A stretch of 64,000 nucleotides of DNA from Candidatus Poribacteria bacterium (GCA_965242965.1 OZ251518.1:704001-768000); one strand, 5' to 3'. Shown: positions 18,819 through 28,996, counted from the stretch's first letter. Numbers and translations are program-made. The notes: generated by a model from the letters alone, not told the origin.

Positions 18819-21023
18819 ATGCGAAAATCGATAACCATCTTTATTCTGCTATCACTTTTATATCCGATGCTTCTGTTTGCGCATCAGGAAGGCACAGGCG
18901 AGCATGTCGTTTCGGCATATCGCATTGCCGAGGAGCCGCCGCACATTGACGGTAAACTTGACGATACGGTGTGGCAGCACGCCGAACCTGTCCGTGGTTT
19001 CGTTCAGTTGGAACCCGCGCGCGGCGAAGCGGCGACAGACGATACGGAATTCCGCATTGCCTACGATGCGCATCACCTTTACGTCGCCTTCCGATGCTAC
19101 GATGCCGAACCCAAAAAGGTCATCAATCGTATCACGCGGCGCGGCGATGTCTACGAATCCGATGTCATCGCTTTCTTTTTGGATCCGCACCATGATCACC
19201 GGACCGGCTACAAATTCGCCACAACCCCCGGCGGTGTCCAAAGCGATAATTACCGTTATGAAGACACGCGGCGCGATAGCAATTGGAAAGGCATCTGGTG
19301 GGTGGAAGGCACTATTGATGCACTCGGCTGGACAGCGGAGTTTAAAATTCCGTTCGCCAACTTCCGATTTACCGATAAACCGACGCAAACTTGGGGATTT
19401 GACGTTGAAAGAGTCAACCGCCGAAAAAGCGAAGTCACTGTCTGGAAGCAGTTGACGCAGGCGGGTGTCGTCACGCGGATGTCCGACCTCGGGCATATGG
19501 TGGGCATTGCTGATATTGACACGGGAAAGAACTTTGAAATCTCGCCTTATCTGTTAGGCGGCGGTTCCGATGAATCAGATGCGGCTGGCGGACAATTCGG
19601 GACTGGTGTGGATGTCCAATACAATCTCACCAGCGCGCTGAAGGCAAACATGACGCTGAATCCCGACTTCGCGCAAGTTGAAGCAGACCAGCTGGAGATT
19701 AATCTGACCCGGTTTCCGACGCGTTTTCCCGAGAAACGTCCGTTTTTTGTAGAGGGAAATAGTTTTTTTGAGACACCGTATGATTTGGTGTTTAGTCGCC
19801 GGATTGGGAGTCGGGGCAATATCTTGTGGGGCGGCAAACTTACCGGGAAAGTCGGTGAGTATTCGCTCGGGGTTTTGGGAAACCAGACCGGGGAATTTGG
19901 GCTTTTCAATGAAACAGATTCGCCGCTAGAAACGCAGGCAGAGTCGGCGTGGTTTTCGGCGGTGCGGCTCAAACGCGACATCCTCAAACGTTCTAACATC
20001 GGGATTTTGGTGGCGAACAAGGAGCAGGCGGATACGCACAGCCGCGTCGGTGGTGTTGACATGAACCTCGCGCTCGGCAAAACCTATCATCTTACCGGGC
20101 AATATGCTGGCAGTTTCCACCCGGGCGAGGATACGGACAACTTCGCCGCCACCGTCGATTTCGCGCAGCGGAACTATCTCTGGAGCAGCCTTGTCGGAGT
20201 GGAGCATGTTGCGCCGAACTTTGACATCAACCAGACAGGATTTCTCCGCAAGGAGCGGCATCGCGGGTGGCAGCGCGTCTATCTGCGGGGCTCCTATGCG
20301 CCGAAGTGGGCAACGCGGGATATTTATGCGAGCCTCAGCACCCGTTTATCGCAAAACCTCTGGACACCGGCATATTTTACCGATTGGGCATCGCGCAATC
20401 CTGAATTAGCCATCTCGCCTGAATTTGACGAAGACTTGTTGGATTGGTATGTCCGCGCTGAGGTGAGCCTCGGATTCAGGGAGAAGTTTTTTGATGGCAT
20501 TCAGGCTTACTACTACCGCAGCCGCGAGGTGGAGCTCACCGAGGTTTTCACGGCGAACGGCTACGGGTTTTTTGTCGATACCAATTCCACGAAGCCAATT
20601 GAGGTTGGCGTGGGAGTAACGTTCGCGGACTATTTCAACTTCACGCGGCAGCAGACTGGCAAACAGCGGCAGCTTCTCTTTGCGTTAACGCTTCGGCCCC
20701 GGAGTAATTTTTCGGTGGAATTAGACAGCAGTTATGCGCAGACACTCGATCTGGCGGGCACAATTGATGGCAGATTTTTCGTCAGTTCCTTGCGCGGTAC
20801 CTATCTATTCACACGTGAGACGTTCCTGCGTATTTTCGCGCAGACCGGGCGTGAACGGCCGTTCTCCACCGATGTCAACGAAGACTATTTGTTGAGTCTC
20901 TTGTTCGGTTGGGAGTATCGTCCGAAGAGTCATTTCTTCGTTGCCTACAATGAGGCTTGGCGCAATGGCGCGTTGGATAATCGCGTGCTTGTGGTGAAGG
21001 TGACGTATCTTTACAATTTGTAG
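18819..21023 (+). CDS. Secreted CBM9-like/DUF5916 domain protein with a probable outer-membrane beta-barrel
   Basis: Signal peptide MRKSITIFILLSLLYPMLLFA; PHIDGKLDD..W, GWTAEFKIPF, NPDFAQVEAD, EKRPFFVEG; C-terminal VKVTYLYNL. Confidence 0.82.
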   Translation: MRKSITIFILLSLLYPMLLFAHQEGTGEHVVSAYRIAEEPPHIDGKLDDTVWQHAEPVRGFVQLEPARGEAATDDTEFRIAYDAHHLYVAFRCYDAEPKKVINRITRRGDVYESDVIAFFLDPHHDHRTGYKFATTPGGVQSDNYRYEDTRRDSNWKGIWWVEGTIDALGWTAEFKIPFANFRFTDKPTQTWGFDVERVNRRKSEVTVWKQLTQAGVVTRMSDLGHMVGIADIDTGKNFEISPYLLGGGSDESDAAGGQFGTGVDVQYNLTSALKANMTLNPDFAQVEADQLEINLTRFPTRFPEKRPFFVEGNSFFETPYDLVFSRRIGSRGNILWGGKLTGKVGEYSLGVLGNQTGEFGLFNETDSPLETQAESAWFSAVRLKRDILKRSNIGILVANKEQADTHSRVGGVDMNLALGKTYHLTGQYAGSFHPGEDTDNFAATVDFAQRNYLWSSLVGVEHVAPNFDINQTGFLRKERHRGWQRVYLRGSYAPKWATRDIYASLSTRLSQNLWTPAYFTDWASRNPELAISPEFDEDLLDWYVRAEVSLGFREKFFDGIQAYYYRSREVELTEVFTANGYGFFVDTNSTKPIEVGVGVTFADYFNFTRQQTGKQRQLLFALTLRPRSNFSVELDSSYAQTLDLAGTIDGRFFVSSLRGTYLFTRETFLRIFAQTGRERPFSTDVNEDYLLSLLFGWEYRPKSHFFVAYNEAWRNGALDNRVLVVKVTYLYNL

Positions 21024-21532
21024 TAGGAGGGACATCCTTGTCCCGAAGCATCGAGACCGGGAGGTCTCTCCTACCGGGCGAGATCGCGGGGGACAGGCCC
21101 CCGCGCTACGGTAAAAAACGTCCCCTTCACCGTAGGGCGAGGGCCTGTCCCTCGCCATGCTTTTTGCTAGCAGACCGCATCCCCCCTGTAGGTCAGGATC
21201 GCCTGATCCTGACCCGTTTGTGATCAGGCGATCACAAACTACAGATAGGGGAGAACAAAAAACGTCTCTTGTTCTCTTCAGGTCCGTAGGACCTTAATGT
21301 CTATAGCCTGCGCGCCCGCGAAGAATCCTAAGGTCCTTTAGGTCCTTAATAGGTTTTGCCAGGGCCGCGTGTTTTTATTAAGGACCTAAAGGACCTTGAA
21401 AACGGGCCGACACGTGCTGCTATAGACATGTAGGACCTAAAGGACCTAAGATGGCCTCTTGACGCTGGCGATCGCGGGGGACAGGCCCCCGCGCTACGGG
21501 AACATCGAGACCAGGAGGTCTCTCCTACCGGG
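21024..21532. repeat. REP mosaic including an AGGTCC/CTATAG element (21279-21450)
   Basis: Same element as 16141-16314, plus five GTAG hairpin families. Confidence 0.85.
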
Positions 21533-21545
21533 GTGCAAAATTTCG

Positions 21546-23156
21546 TTACCGGACACCGAGTGCCGAGGGACGTTCTTGCACGACAGGAATCACATAACTC
21601 CGAATCGTCAGCCCATCCAATTCCTCTGTTTCGACACGCGGCACCGGCGTTTGACGATGGTCGAACACGACGTAATATCCCTGCTGCATGCCTTCCGCTT
21701 GGAGATAGACGGCGAGTTGCTGCTTGCCGGCTTGATGTGATTTCTCGCCTTGCCAAATTTTGGTTTCAACGATATGCTTCTGCCCGGCGTGGAAAATCAC
21801 CAGGTCTGCCCGGCCGCGCCCGGTTTGCACTTCCAGCAGCATGTTGCCGCGCACCTGCCTTACAAACTGATCGAGATAGGCGAACAGCAGAGACTGCCCT
21901 ATGTATTCTTGGGGTGTTTGCGGCACCTGGAGTATACGAAACCCTGCGCGTGCGATGAAGTCGCGGAAGTTATCTAGCAGCCCAGCCATGTCAATTCCAC
22001 CAGCAGGCGTGAGGTAATCGTAATAACCGTTGCCGGTATCCTGCGGATAATATTCTGCCTCTAGTCCGTTAATCGTCGGTTTGAAGGTTTGCAGGATACG
22101 GTATAAATAGATGGGATTGGCGATCTCGCACTGCCGGTTCGCGCCACGTTTGATAACCCCGTAGGTGGCAAGTTCGCTGATGTCCTCATCGTCTAGATTG
22201 AAGTCTTGGCTTCCATCGTCCGAGGTGATGCGCATTAGCACGCGTTGAAAGCGCGGGTTCCGACGAACATTGGTAGTGAGGTGCGTGATATTGACGTTCC
22301 GTTCGGTCAGGATTTCCTTGTGTGCCTCCAAAAAGTGCGCCATGCCGATCGTCTCGGCTTTTGGAATGTCCATCTCTTCGGTGAGTATCTGCGCCATACG
22401 GTTGACGAGGAACGGCTGTCCGCCTGTCTGTTTATGCAGATTTTCAACCACTTCTGGCGCGAATGCTTGCCCCACTTCATCGGTATATTGTCCGAACAGT
22501 TCATGCACTTGTGTTAAGGTAAAGTTGGGTAGACTGAAGTCGTCTTGGATATTAAACGGCGAAACAGACCAGTCGTAGTTCAACTGCGACACACTCTTCA
22601 CACCGGTAATGCCGACGCTATAGGGGCAGCGGGGCAGCTCTTCATCATCGGTGAGGTAGATGCGGCGGAGTGTGTAGAGAAAATCGCTTAGTGCCGCGGG
22701 CGGAATGCCGTCAAACTCGTCGATGACGATGACAACCCGTTGTTCTGGTAACAATCCCGCGAGGTGCCGAAAGAACCTTCCCATTGAGAAGTGATCGGTG
22801 AGGGTTGTGCTTTCTAGAAAACGCGCGAGGGCATCCGGCAGAACCTGCCCGCGCCGGCGGAATACCTTGCGGATTTCCTCGTGAATATCTTCATAAAGAT
22901 AGTGGTAGAAATCTGCCAGTGACGCGTTGCGAAACACTTGGAAATCGAGTTGGATAGGCAAATAGTCGGGTGCCTCCGCTGTCAGTCGCTGGAAAGCCCA
23001 GTGAAAAAAGGTGGTTTTGCCTGTCTGCCGCGGCGCGAAAAGCACGATGTATTTTCCCTGTTTCACGCGGTTGATGAAATCGGCGAGTTCTGTCTCGCGG
23101 GGGACGACGTAGTGTTTGTCAGGATAGACGCGTCCTTGCGTCCAAAAATTTCTCAT
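21546..23156 (-). CDS. AAA-like ATPase fused to a C-terminal PD-(D/E)xK nuclease domain
   Basis: Walker A APRQTGKTT, Walker B IVIDEFD, SPFNI, TGGQPFLVN; C-terminal EVQTGRGRADL..IVETK. Confidence 0.85.
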   Translation of the reverse strand: MRNFWTQGRVYPDKHYVVPRETELADFINRVKQGKYIVLFAPRQTGKTTFFHWAFQRLTAEAPDYLPIQLDFQVFRNASLADFYHYLYEDIHEEIRKVFRRRGQVLPDALARFLESTTLTDHFSMGRFFRHLAGLLPEQRVVIVIDEFDGIPPAALSDFLYTLRRIYLTDDEELPRCPYSVGITGVKSVSQLNYDWSVSPFNIQDDFSLPNFTLTQVHELFGQYTDEVGQAFAPEVVENLHKQTGGQPFLVNRMAQILTEEMDIPKAETIGMAHFLEAHKEILTERNVNITHLTTNVRRNPRFQRVLMRITSDDGSQDFNLDDEDISELATYGVIKRGANRQCEIANPIYLYRILQTFKPTINGLEAEYYPQDTGNGYYDYLTPAGGIDMAGLLDNFRDFIARAGFRILQVPQTPQEYIGQSLLFAYLDQFVRQVRGNMLLEVQTGRGRADLVIFHAGQKHIVETKIWQGEKSHQAGKQQLAVYLQAEGMQQGYYVVFDHRQTPVPRVETEELDGLTIRSYVIPVVQERPSALGVR

Positions 23157-23294
23157 CGGGGTGGCTCCTTATTGTCTCGTGCTTCAAGTTTAATTATTCT
23201 ATCAATTTGCGAAAATGAAATCAAGGAAATTCCGCGAGATAGGAGCATTGCGCGGTAAGGATCGTTAATCTTAATCTTGACTTAGACATTTTTC

Positions 23295-23323
23295 TTGACA
23301 AAGGTGTAGGAATAGGGTATAAT
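23295..23323 (+). promoter_or_regulatory. Perfect consensus sigma70 promoter, copy 1 (no + strand gene downstream)
   Basis: TTGACA-N17-TATAAT inside a ~55-bp block repeated at 24762-24816. Confidence 0.8.
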
Positions 23324-23349
23324 AATAATCTAATGGACAAGACAAGAAT

Positions 23350-23630
23350 TCAAGACCGGGAGGTCTCTCCTACTGGAAGCGATCGCGGGGGACAGGCCCC
23401 CGCGCTACGATGAAAAAAAACGCCCCCTTCACCGTAGGGCGAGGGCCTGTCCCTCGCCATGATGAAGTTCGGTTACGGTGTTTGTCGAGACCGGGAGGTT
23501 TCTCCTACTGAAGAGATCGAGACCGGGAGGTTTCTCCTACTAGACGAGATCGCGGAGGACAGGCCCCCGCGCTACGATGGAAAAAACGTCCCCTTCACCG
23601 TAGGGCGAGGGCCTGTCCCTCGCCATTTTT
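23350..23630. repeat. REP mosaic downstream of the duplicated promoter
   Basis: GAGACC hairpins and two REP doublets; shares unique linkers with 24905-24946 and 25560-25760. Confidence 0.85.
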
Positions 23631-23704
23631 TGACGCGGTGGGTTCGGGGAGGACAGCCTCCAGCGGCCGCTGCTATGCCGGTTTCCTAATTGTAACGCGC
23701 CTTT

Positions 23705-24193
23705 TCAATCAGGAGTCATAGTACTGCCAGAGTTTCCCTCCTGTAACCATGTATATGGATTTTCAACGCGCACGTGGAGATGTTCACTAAGACGTTTCGC
23801 GCGTTTGAGCATGCTGTCGTCTGTCGTCAGAAGGACCGCTGCATCTGCACTCTCCGCGCAGGCAATATGCAAGGCATCAAACCACTTAAAACCGAGGGCT
23901 TCTAACTGAGTGGCGCGTGCAGTTTCCGTTTCGCCAATAAGAACCATTTGCTGCGCTAGATTAAATGTGGCAGATATCTCATCGCGTTCTGTCAAATGAG
24001 GGTTCTCATCAACTTCATTGACTAAAACCTCACTGATAATCCAATGCAGTTGTCCTGTTGAAAAATAGTCAAGGATTTCTTCAACGGCCTCGGTTTCAGC
24101 GCGCACCCGGTCTTGCGTCTGGTCGTCATAGGGGCGGCCTAGACAACAGGTATCCAGATAGATTTTCTGATAGGGGTGGAACTGCATTTGCAC
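23705..24193 (-). CDS. PIN-domain (VapC-like) toxin
   Basis: IYLDTCCLGRPYDDQ, DALHIACAE, LLTTDD, VENP. Confidence 0.9.
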   Translation of the reverse strand: MQMQFHPYQKIYLDTCCLGRPYDDQTQDRVRAETEAVEEILDYFSTGQLHWIISEVLVNEVDENPHLTERDEISATFNLAQQMVLIGETETARATQLEALGFKWFDALHIACAESADAAVLLTTDDSMLKRAKRLSEHLHVRVENPYTWLQEGNSGSTMTPD

Positions 24194-24201
24194 GAAGGCA
24201 T

Positions 24202-24687
24202 CTACTCCTTTTCTCTCAGCGGATTATTCTCGCGCTTCTCGCGGATTCGCGCCAGAAATTCTTCCTTATCCACTGTGTCCAGCCAGTTGCGACGCGCAAC
24301 CGTGGCATCGCCTGTCCCCGGTTTACACAACCTGCCGAATTTCATCAGGGCGGCGGCACCCAGCTGCTCTCCAATCGCATGGAGCCCAAACTGATAAAGT
24401 GCCGAATCTGTCATTTCATTGATGGCCTCCCACAGTTCACTGCGGGCACAACTTATAGGCAGGCTTGACTCTGGCTGCTGCGGTGCCAACTCTTGCATCC
24501 CTTGTGCAATCGTCTCCGCCTCCATGCGCTCCACCCATTTATAGCGGGCTGCGGCCTGCTCGCCGCGAGAAATTTGACTATATTGAAGAAACCGCTTCAA
24601 CCCAACCGGACCTAGGTTATCCAAAAGCACCTCAAGAACCAGGAGATATACCTTCCGGTCTGTCATATCTCGGATGTTCATTTCCAC
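24202..24687 (-). CDS. Putative antitoxin built from two tandem copies of one domain
   Basis: Lies directly upstream of the PIN gene. Halves MTDRKVYLLVLEVLLDNLGPVGLKRF..RYKW and MTDSALYQFGLHAIGEQLGAAALMKF..RRNW align. Confidence 0.7.
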   Translation of the reverse strand: MEMNIRDMTDRKVYLLVLEVLLDNLGPVGLKRFLQYSQISRGEQAAARYKWVERMEAETIAQGMQELAPQQPESSLPISCARSELWEAINEMTDSALYQFGLHAIGEQLGAAALMKFGRLCKPGTGDATVARRNWLDTVDKEEFLARIREKRENNPLREKE

Positions 24688-24769
24688 TCACCTCCAATTA
24701 TCTATTTTACCTTAAGGTTTCGCAAAATGTCAAGCAGATTTTCCAAGCGAAATAGAGACTTCATTTTTC

Positions 24770-24798
24770 TTGACAAAAGTGTAGGAATAGGGTATAAT
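24770..24798 (+). promoter_or_regulatory. Perfect consensus sigma70 promoter, copy 2
   Basis: TTGACA-N17-TATAAT with one mismatch relative to the block at 23295. Confidence 0.8.
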
Positions 24799-24971
24799 AA
24801 TAATCTAATGGACAAGCATCAAGACCGGGAGGGATTTCCTACTGGGTAGGAGGGACATCCTTGTCCCGACATTGACAAGACATCGAGACCAGGAGGTCTC
24901 TCCTACCGGTGTTTGTTGAGACCAGGAGGTCTCTCCTACTGAAGAAATGTATAAAAAGGAGGTATTGACAG

Positions 24972-25550
24972 ATGAAAATTATGATGTGTTTATTTTTGTT
25001 GGTGTTTTTTGCATCGCCGATATGCGGTGCGCTCACCGACGCGGATTTGGAACAGATTCGCAAGATTACGGAGACTGCCAATGCGAAAACGGAGGCACGT
25101 ATCAAGGCATACGTAGACCTCAAAATCGAGGCATCGGAGAAGGCAACCATAGCCAAAATCGAGGCGTTGGAGAAGGCAACCACAGCCAGAATCGACGCAG
25201 TGAAAACCGAAATCGAGGGATTGCGGGTGGCAACCGCAACCGAAATCAAAGGATTGCGGGAGGCAAACACAATTGAGGTTCGCGCGGTGAAAGAGGAGGT
25301 CAAAACATCGCGCGCTACCCTCTATTGGTGGATAGGGTTGTCAATAGCGGCGTTCGGTTTTTTCTATCACCAGTTGAACGGGATACAACGGACACTGGGG
25401 CGGTTGCTGGAACGCACTGACATCATCGTAGAGGAATGGATGCGGCGTTCGGCGGAGTTGGATGCGGAGCGAGAGGAAAATGCGGCGTTGCGCGCCGAGA
25501 ACGAACGCCTGAAAGCACAACTCGGTGCCAAGGAGAGTTTGAAGGTATAA
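24972..25550 (+). CDS. Membrane-anchored coiled-coil protein (signal peptide, 11-residue repeats, TM helix, C-terminal coiled coil)
   Basis: RBS AGGAGGT; KIEASEKATIA/KIEALEKATTA repeats; TM LYWWIGLSIAAFGFFY. Confidence 0.75.
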   Translation: MKIMMCLFLLVFFASPICGALTDADLEQIRKITETANAKTEARIKAYVDLKIEASEKATIAKIEALEKATTARIDAVKTEIEGLRVATATEIKGLREANTIEVRAVKEEVKTSRATLYWWIGLSIAAFGFFYHQLNGIQRTLGRLLERTDIIVEEWMRRSAELDAEREENAALRAENERLKAQLGAKESLKV

Positions 25551-25903
25551 AGCCTCTTTTACCGTAGGGCGAGGGCCTGTCCCTCGCCGTGTTGCAGTTC
25601 GGTTACGGTGTTTGTCGAGACCGGGAGGTCTCTCCTACCGATGTTGCGTTGAGCGCGGGAGGGTTCTCCTGCTGGACGCGATCGCGGTGGACAGGCCCCC
25701 GCGCTACGATGAAAAAAACGCCCTATTCACCGTAGGGCGAGGGCCTGTCCCTCGCCGTGCAGGGGGATGACGAACGATCGCGGGGGACAGGCCCCCGCGC
25801 TACGGTACATAGAGTGCAACTGAAAATCGCGGGGGACAGGCCCCCGCGCTACGATGAATAAAAACGCCCCCTTCACCGTAGGGCGCGAAAAGGAGGCACA
25901 CAC

Positions 25904-26698
25904 ATGGTTTCCGCAAAAGCGATTCAAGAAACTTGTAATGACATCATCCGTGAATTCGCACCGCAACAAGTTATCCTCTTCGGTTCTTACGCGTATGGCA
26001 CACCGACAGAAGACTCCGATGTCGATCTGTTTGTCGTGATGACAGGCATGAAATCAAACGCGCGCGAGGAAGCATGGGAAATGAAAAAACGCCTCCCTGA
26101 GCGGTTCCGTCTCGATTTACACGTGCGCTCACCGGAAGAGTTGGCGTATCGCGTCTCGCATAACGACTGGTTTCTGCGCGAGATTCTCGAAAAAGGCGAT
26201 GTGCTTTATGAAAATGGACAAACCTCCTCGGGCGCGAAGGCTTATCCCGCGCCCGGTCGGTTGGAGGCTTTGGTGCCGATTTGGCAGGAGGCAGGTGCGA
26301 TGAACCCGTTGACACTTGAATGGGTAGAGTTGGCTGAGGCCGATTATGGTTCGGTGAAGTTGCATCTTGAGCATGCATTCAAACCCCCGTTCTATAATAT
26401 CATTTGTTTCCACGCGCAGCAGTGTATCGAAAAATACCTGAAGGCGTGGTTACAGGAAGCGAACCTCCCGACACCGCGCACGCACGAATTGAATGAGTTA
26501 TTGGATTTGTGCGTGCCGACGCGCCCGGCGTGGGAAGCGTGGCGCAGTGATTTTTCGGCGTTTGATAAATACGCTGTCGATGCGCGTTATCCCGGTTATA
26601 TCGCGACGGAAGCGGATGCTGAGCATGCAGTGGGCATCTGCAACGAGGTGCGTCAGACAGTTCGCGACATGCTGGCACTCGGCGAAGAGGCGGACTGA
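25904..26698 (+). CDS. MNT-HEPN fusion, paralog of 5027-5797
   Basis: LFGSYAYG..SDVDLFVV; ICFHAQQCIEKYLKA, RTHEL, ARYPG; RBS AGGAGG. Confidence 0.88.
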   Translation: MVSAKAIQETCNDIIREFAPQQVILFGSYAYGTPTEDSDVDLFVVMTGMKSNAREEAWEMKKRLPERFRLDLHVRSPEELAYRVSHNDWFLREILEKGDVLYENGQTSSGAKAYPAPGRLEALVPIWQEAGAMNPLTLEWVELAEADYGSVKLHLEHAFKPPFYNIICFHAQQCIEKYLKAWLQEANLPTPRTHELNELLDLCVPTRPAWEAWRSDFSAFDKYAVDARYPGYIATEADAEHAVGICNEVRQTVRDMLALGEEAD

Positions 26699-26731
26699 AT
26701 CCTGTTGAACAGGCCGCTGCGATTTTTTTTC

Positions 26732-26760
26732 TTGACAAATCTATCGCGTTTTGGCATAAT
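26732..26760 (+). promoter_or_regulatory. Sigma70-like promoter reading into a repeat cluster
   Basis: TTGACA-N17-CATAAT with TG extension. Confidence 0.6.
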
Positions 26761-27194
26761 AGAAATTATTAGTTATTCGGGTGCCGTTCTTCTATAGACA
26801 TTAAGGTCTTCCAGACCTTAAGAAAAACCTGTTCCGCCGTAGGCGAGTTCGGCCACGGCATCAAGACCGGGAGGGCTCTCCTACCGGACGACGATCGCGG
26901 GGGACAGGCCCCCGCGCGACGGTCAAAAAAACGCCTCCCCCTTCAACGTAGGGCGAGGGCCTGTCCCTCGCCATGCCGGGAATGACGAGAGATCGCGGGG
27001 GACAGGCCCCCGCGCGACGGTCAAAAAAACGCCTCCCCCTTCAACGTAGGGCGAGGGCCTGTCCCTCGCCATGCATGCCGCGTGGCGAGGCGGTGCGCAA
27101 ATAAACTTGACAACTTGCTTGGAAGAAGGTATCCTAACGTGACAGAAACTCCTCTGACATGCGGCCTCCGACTTTCATCAAGAAGGAGACGTTC

Positions 27195-27677
27195 ATGTCA
27201 AAGGGAGAAAAACCGAGTAAATTTGAGAGTCTAATGCGCTTACTAGATAACAATGGTGGGCCCGTGCTGGCATTGCTGGCCTTGTTGGCCTTCGTTGTTT
27301 ATCTGGTTTACGCGCATGTTTATCCGACTAACGCCGTGGTGAAGACGTTGGAGCGGCATGGCAGTGCTGCACAAGTTGTCTCCGTTGCGTTCATTTTACT
27401 GGTTGCGTTAGTTGCATGGGGGTATAGAAAAGTGTTATTTAAGATTGCTGAGCGGGAACAGCTCAGAGAACGCGTCATCCGATCGGAGGCGCACACCGCC
27501 GAATGGAAAGAACGTGCCACCCAGTTGGAAGCGCGCAACGCTGAGTTGGAAGACAGCAAAGCCCAATGGGAGCAACGCTTCACCCAATCGGAAGCGCGCA
27601 ACGCCGAACTTGAACGGCGCATCGCCGAATTGGAAAACGGAAGACAGCAGCCTCCCGATGAGGAAGAACAGCACTAA
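27195..27677 (+). CDS. Two-TM membrane protein with C-terminal coiled coil, copy 1
   Basis: RBS AAGGAG then ATG 27195; two hydrophobic helices; LEARNAELE heptads; acidic tail PPDEEE. Confidence 0.75.
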   Translation: MSKGEKPSKFESLMRLLDNNGGPVLALLALLAFVVYLVYAHVYPTNAVVKTLERHGSAAQVVSVAFILLVALVAWGYRKVLFKIAEREQLRERVIRSEAHTAEWKERATQLEARNAELEDSKAQWEQRFTQSEARNAELERRIAELENGRQQPPDEEEQH

Positions 27678-27944
27678 GTTGACCGCGTTTCGCGCGGCGG
27701 AGTGCATCGAGACCGGGAGGTCTCTCCTACTGGTAGGAGGGACATCCTTGTCCCGACAGTGACAAAAATCGAGACCGGGAGGTCTCTCCTACGGGACGAA
27801 CGATCGCGGGGGACAGGCCCCCGCGCTACGTAATAACGGTCCGGTCCATCGTAGGGCGAGGGCCTGTCCCTCGCCATGCCAGGGAATGACGACAATCGCG
27901 GGGGACAGGCCCCCGCGCTACGGTGTATGGATAGGGAGACGTTC

Positions 27945-28406
27945 ATGTCAAAGGGAGAAAAACCAAGTAAATTTGAGAATCTGATGCGCTTACTAGATAA
28001 CAATGGTGGACCGGTGCTTGCATTTCTTGCATTGCTTGCCTTCCTTGCTTATCTCACTTACGCGCATGTTTATCCGACTAACGCCGTGGTGAAGACGTTG
28101 GAGCGGCATGGCAGTGCTGCACAAGTTGTCTCCGTTGCGTTCATTTTACTGGTTGCGTTAGTCGCATGGGGGTATAGAAAAGTGTTATTTAAGATTGCTG
28201 AGCGGGAACAGCTCAGAGAACGCGTCATCCGATCGGAGGCGCACACCGCCGAATGGAAAGCACGCGCCACCCAATTGGAAGCGCGCAACGCTGAGTTGGA
28301 AGACAGCAAGACTGAGTTGGAAGACAGCAACGCTGAACTCAGAGCGCGCATCGCCGAATTGGAAAACGGAAGACGGCAGCCTCCCGATGAGGAAGAACGG
28401 GACTAA
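27945..28406 (+). CDS. Two-TM membrane protein with C-terminal coiled coil, copy 2
   Basis: Near-identical to copy 1 but one heptad shorter; RBS GGAG. Confidence 0.75.
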   Translation: MSKGEKPSKFENLMRLLDNNGGPVLAFLALLAFLAYLTYAHVYPTNAVVKTLERHGSAAQVVSVAFILLVALVAWGYRKVLFKIAEREQLRERVIRSEAHTAEWKARATQLEARNAELEDSKTELEDSNAELRARIAELENGRRQPPDEEERD

Positions 28407-28677
28407 GCCCATCGCGTTTCGCGCGATGGAGTGCATCGAGACCGGGAGGTCTCTCCTACGGGACGACGCTCGCGGGGGACAGGCCCCCGCGCTACGTAAT
28501 AACGGCCCGTTCCGCGGCCCGTAGGGCGAGGGCCTGTCCCTCGCCATGCCAGGGATGAACGAACGCTCGCGGGGGACAGGCCCCCGCGCTACGTAATAAT
28601 GGCACGTTCCGCGGCCCGTAGGGCGAGGGCCTGTCCCTCGCCGTGCCGGGGAATAACGAATGCCGTTCTCCTATAGA

Positions 28678-28981
28678 CATTTTACTGGTTGCATTAGTTG
28701 CCTGGAGGTATAGAAACATGTTATTTAAGGTTGCCGAGCGTGAAGAGTTAATAGCGCGCATCGCCGAATTGGAAGAACGCAAGGCCAAATTGGAAGAACG
28801 CGACGCTGAACTGAAATGGCGAGCTGCCGTACTAACTGCACTGGAACAGGGGGGTGCCAAATTTGTTGAACTAGAACGGCGTGTTACCGAACTTGAATCG
28901 CGCGATGCAAAAAAAACAGCGCGCATTGCCGAATTGGAAAACGGAAGACAGCAGCCACCCGATGAGGAAGAACAGCAATAA
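28678..28981 (+). pseudogene. 5'-truncated third copy of the coiled-coil gene, possibly expressed from ATG 28718 as a soluble 87-aa protein
   Basis: Homology starts at CATTTTACTGGTTGC, fused to a CTATAGACAT repeat. GGAGGT-N8-ATG at 28718; same ELENGRQQPPDEEE tail. Confidence 0.6.
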
Positions 28982-28996
28982 CGACCCGTTCTCCCA

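Noticed and set aside
27195-28981. Diversity-generating retroelement TR/VR pair
   Set aside because: Differences between copies are not adenine-specific and include indels; there is no reverse transcriptase in the window.
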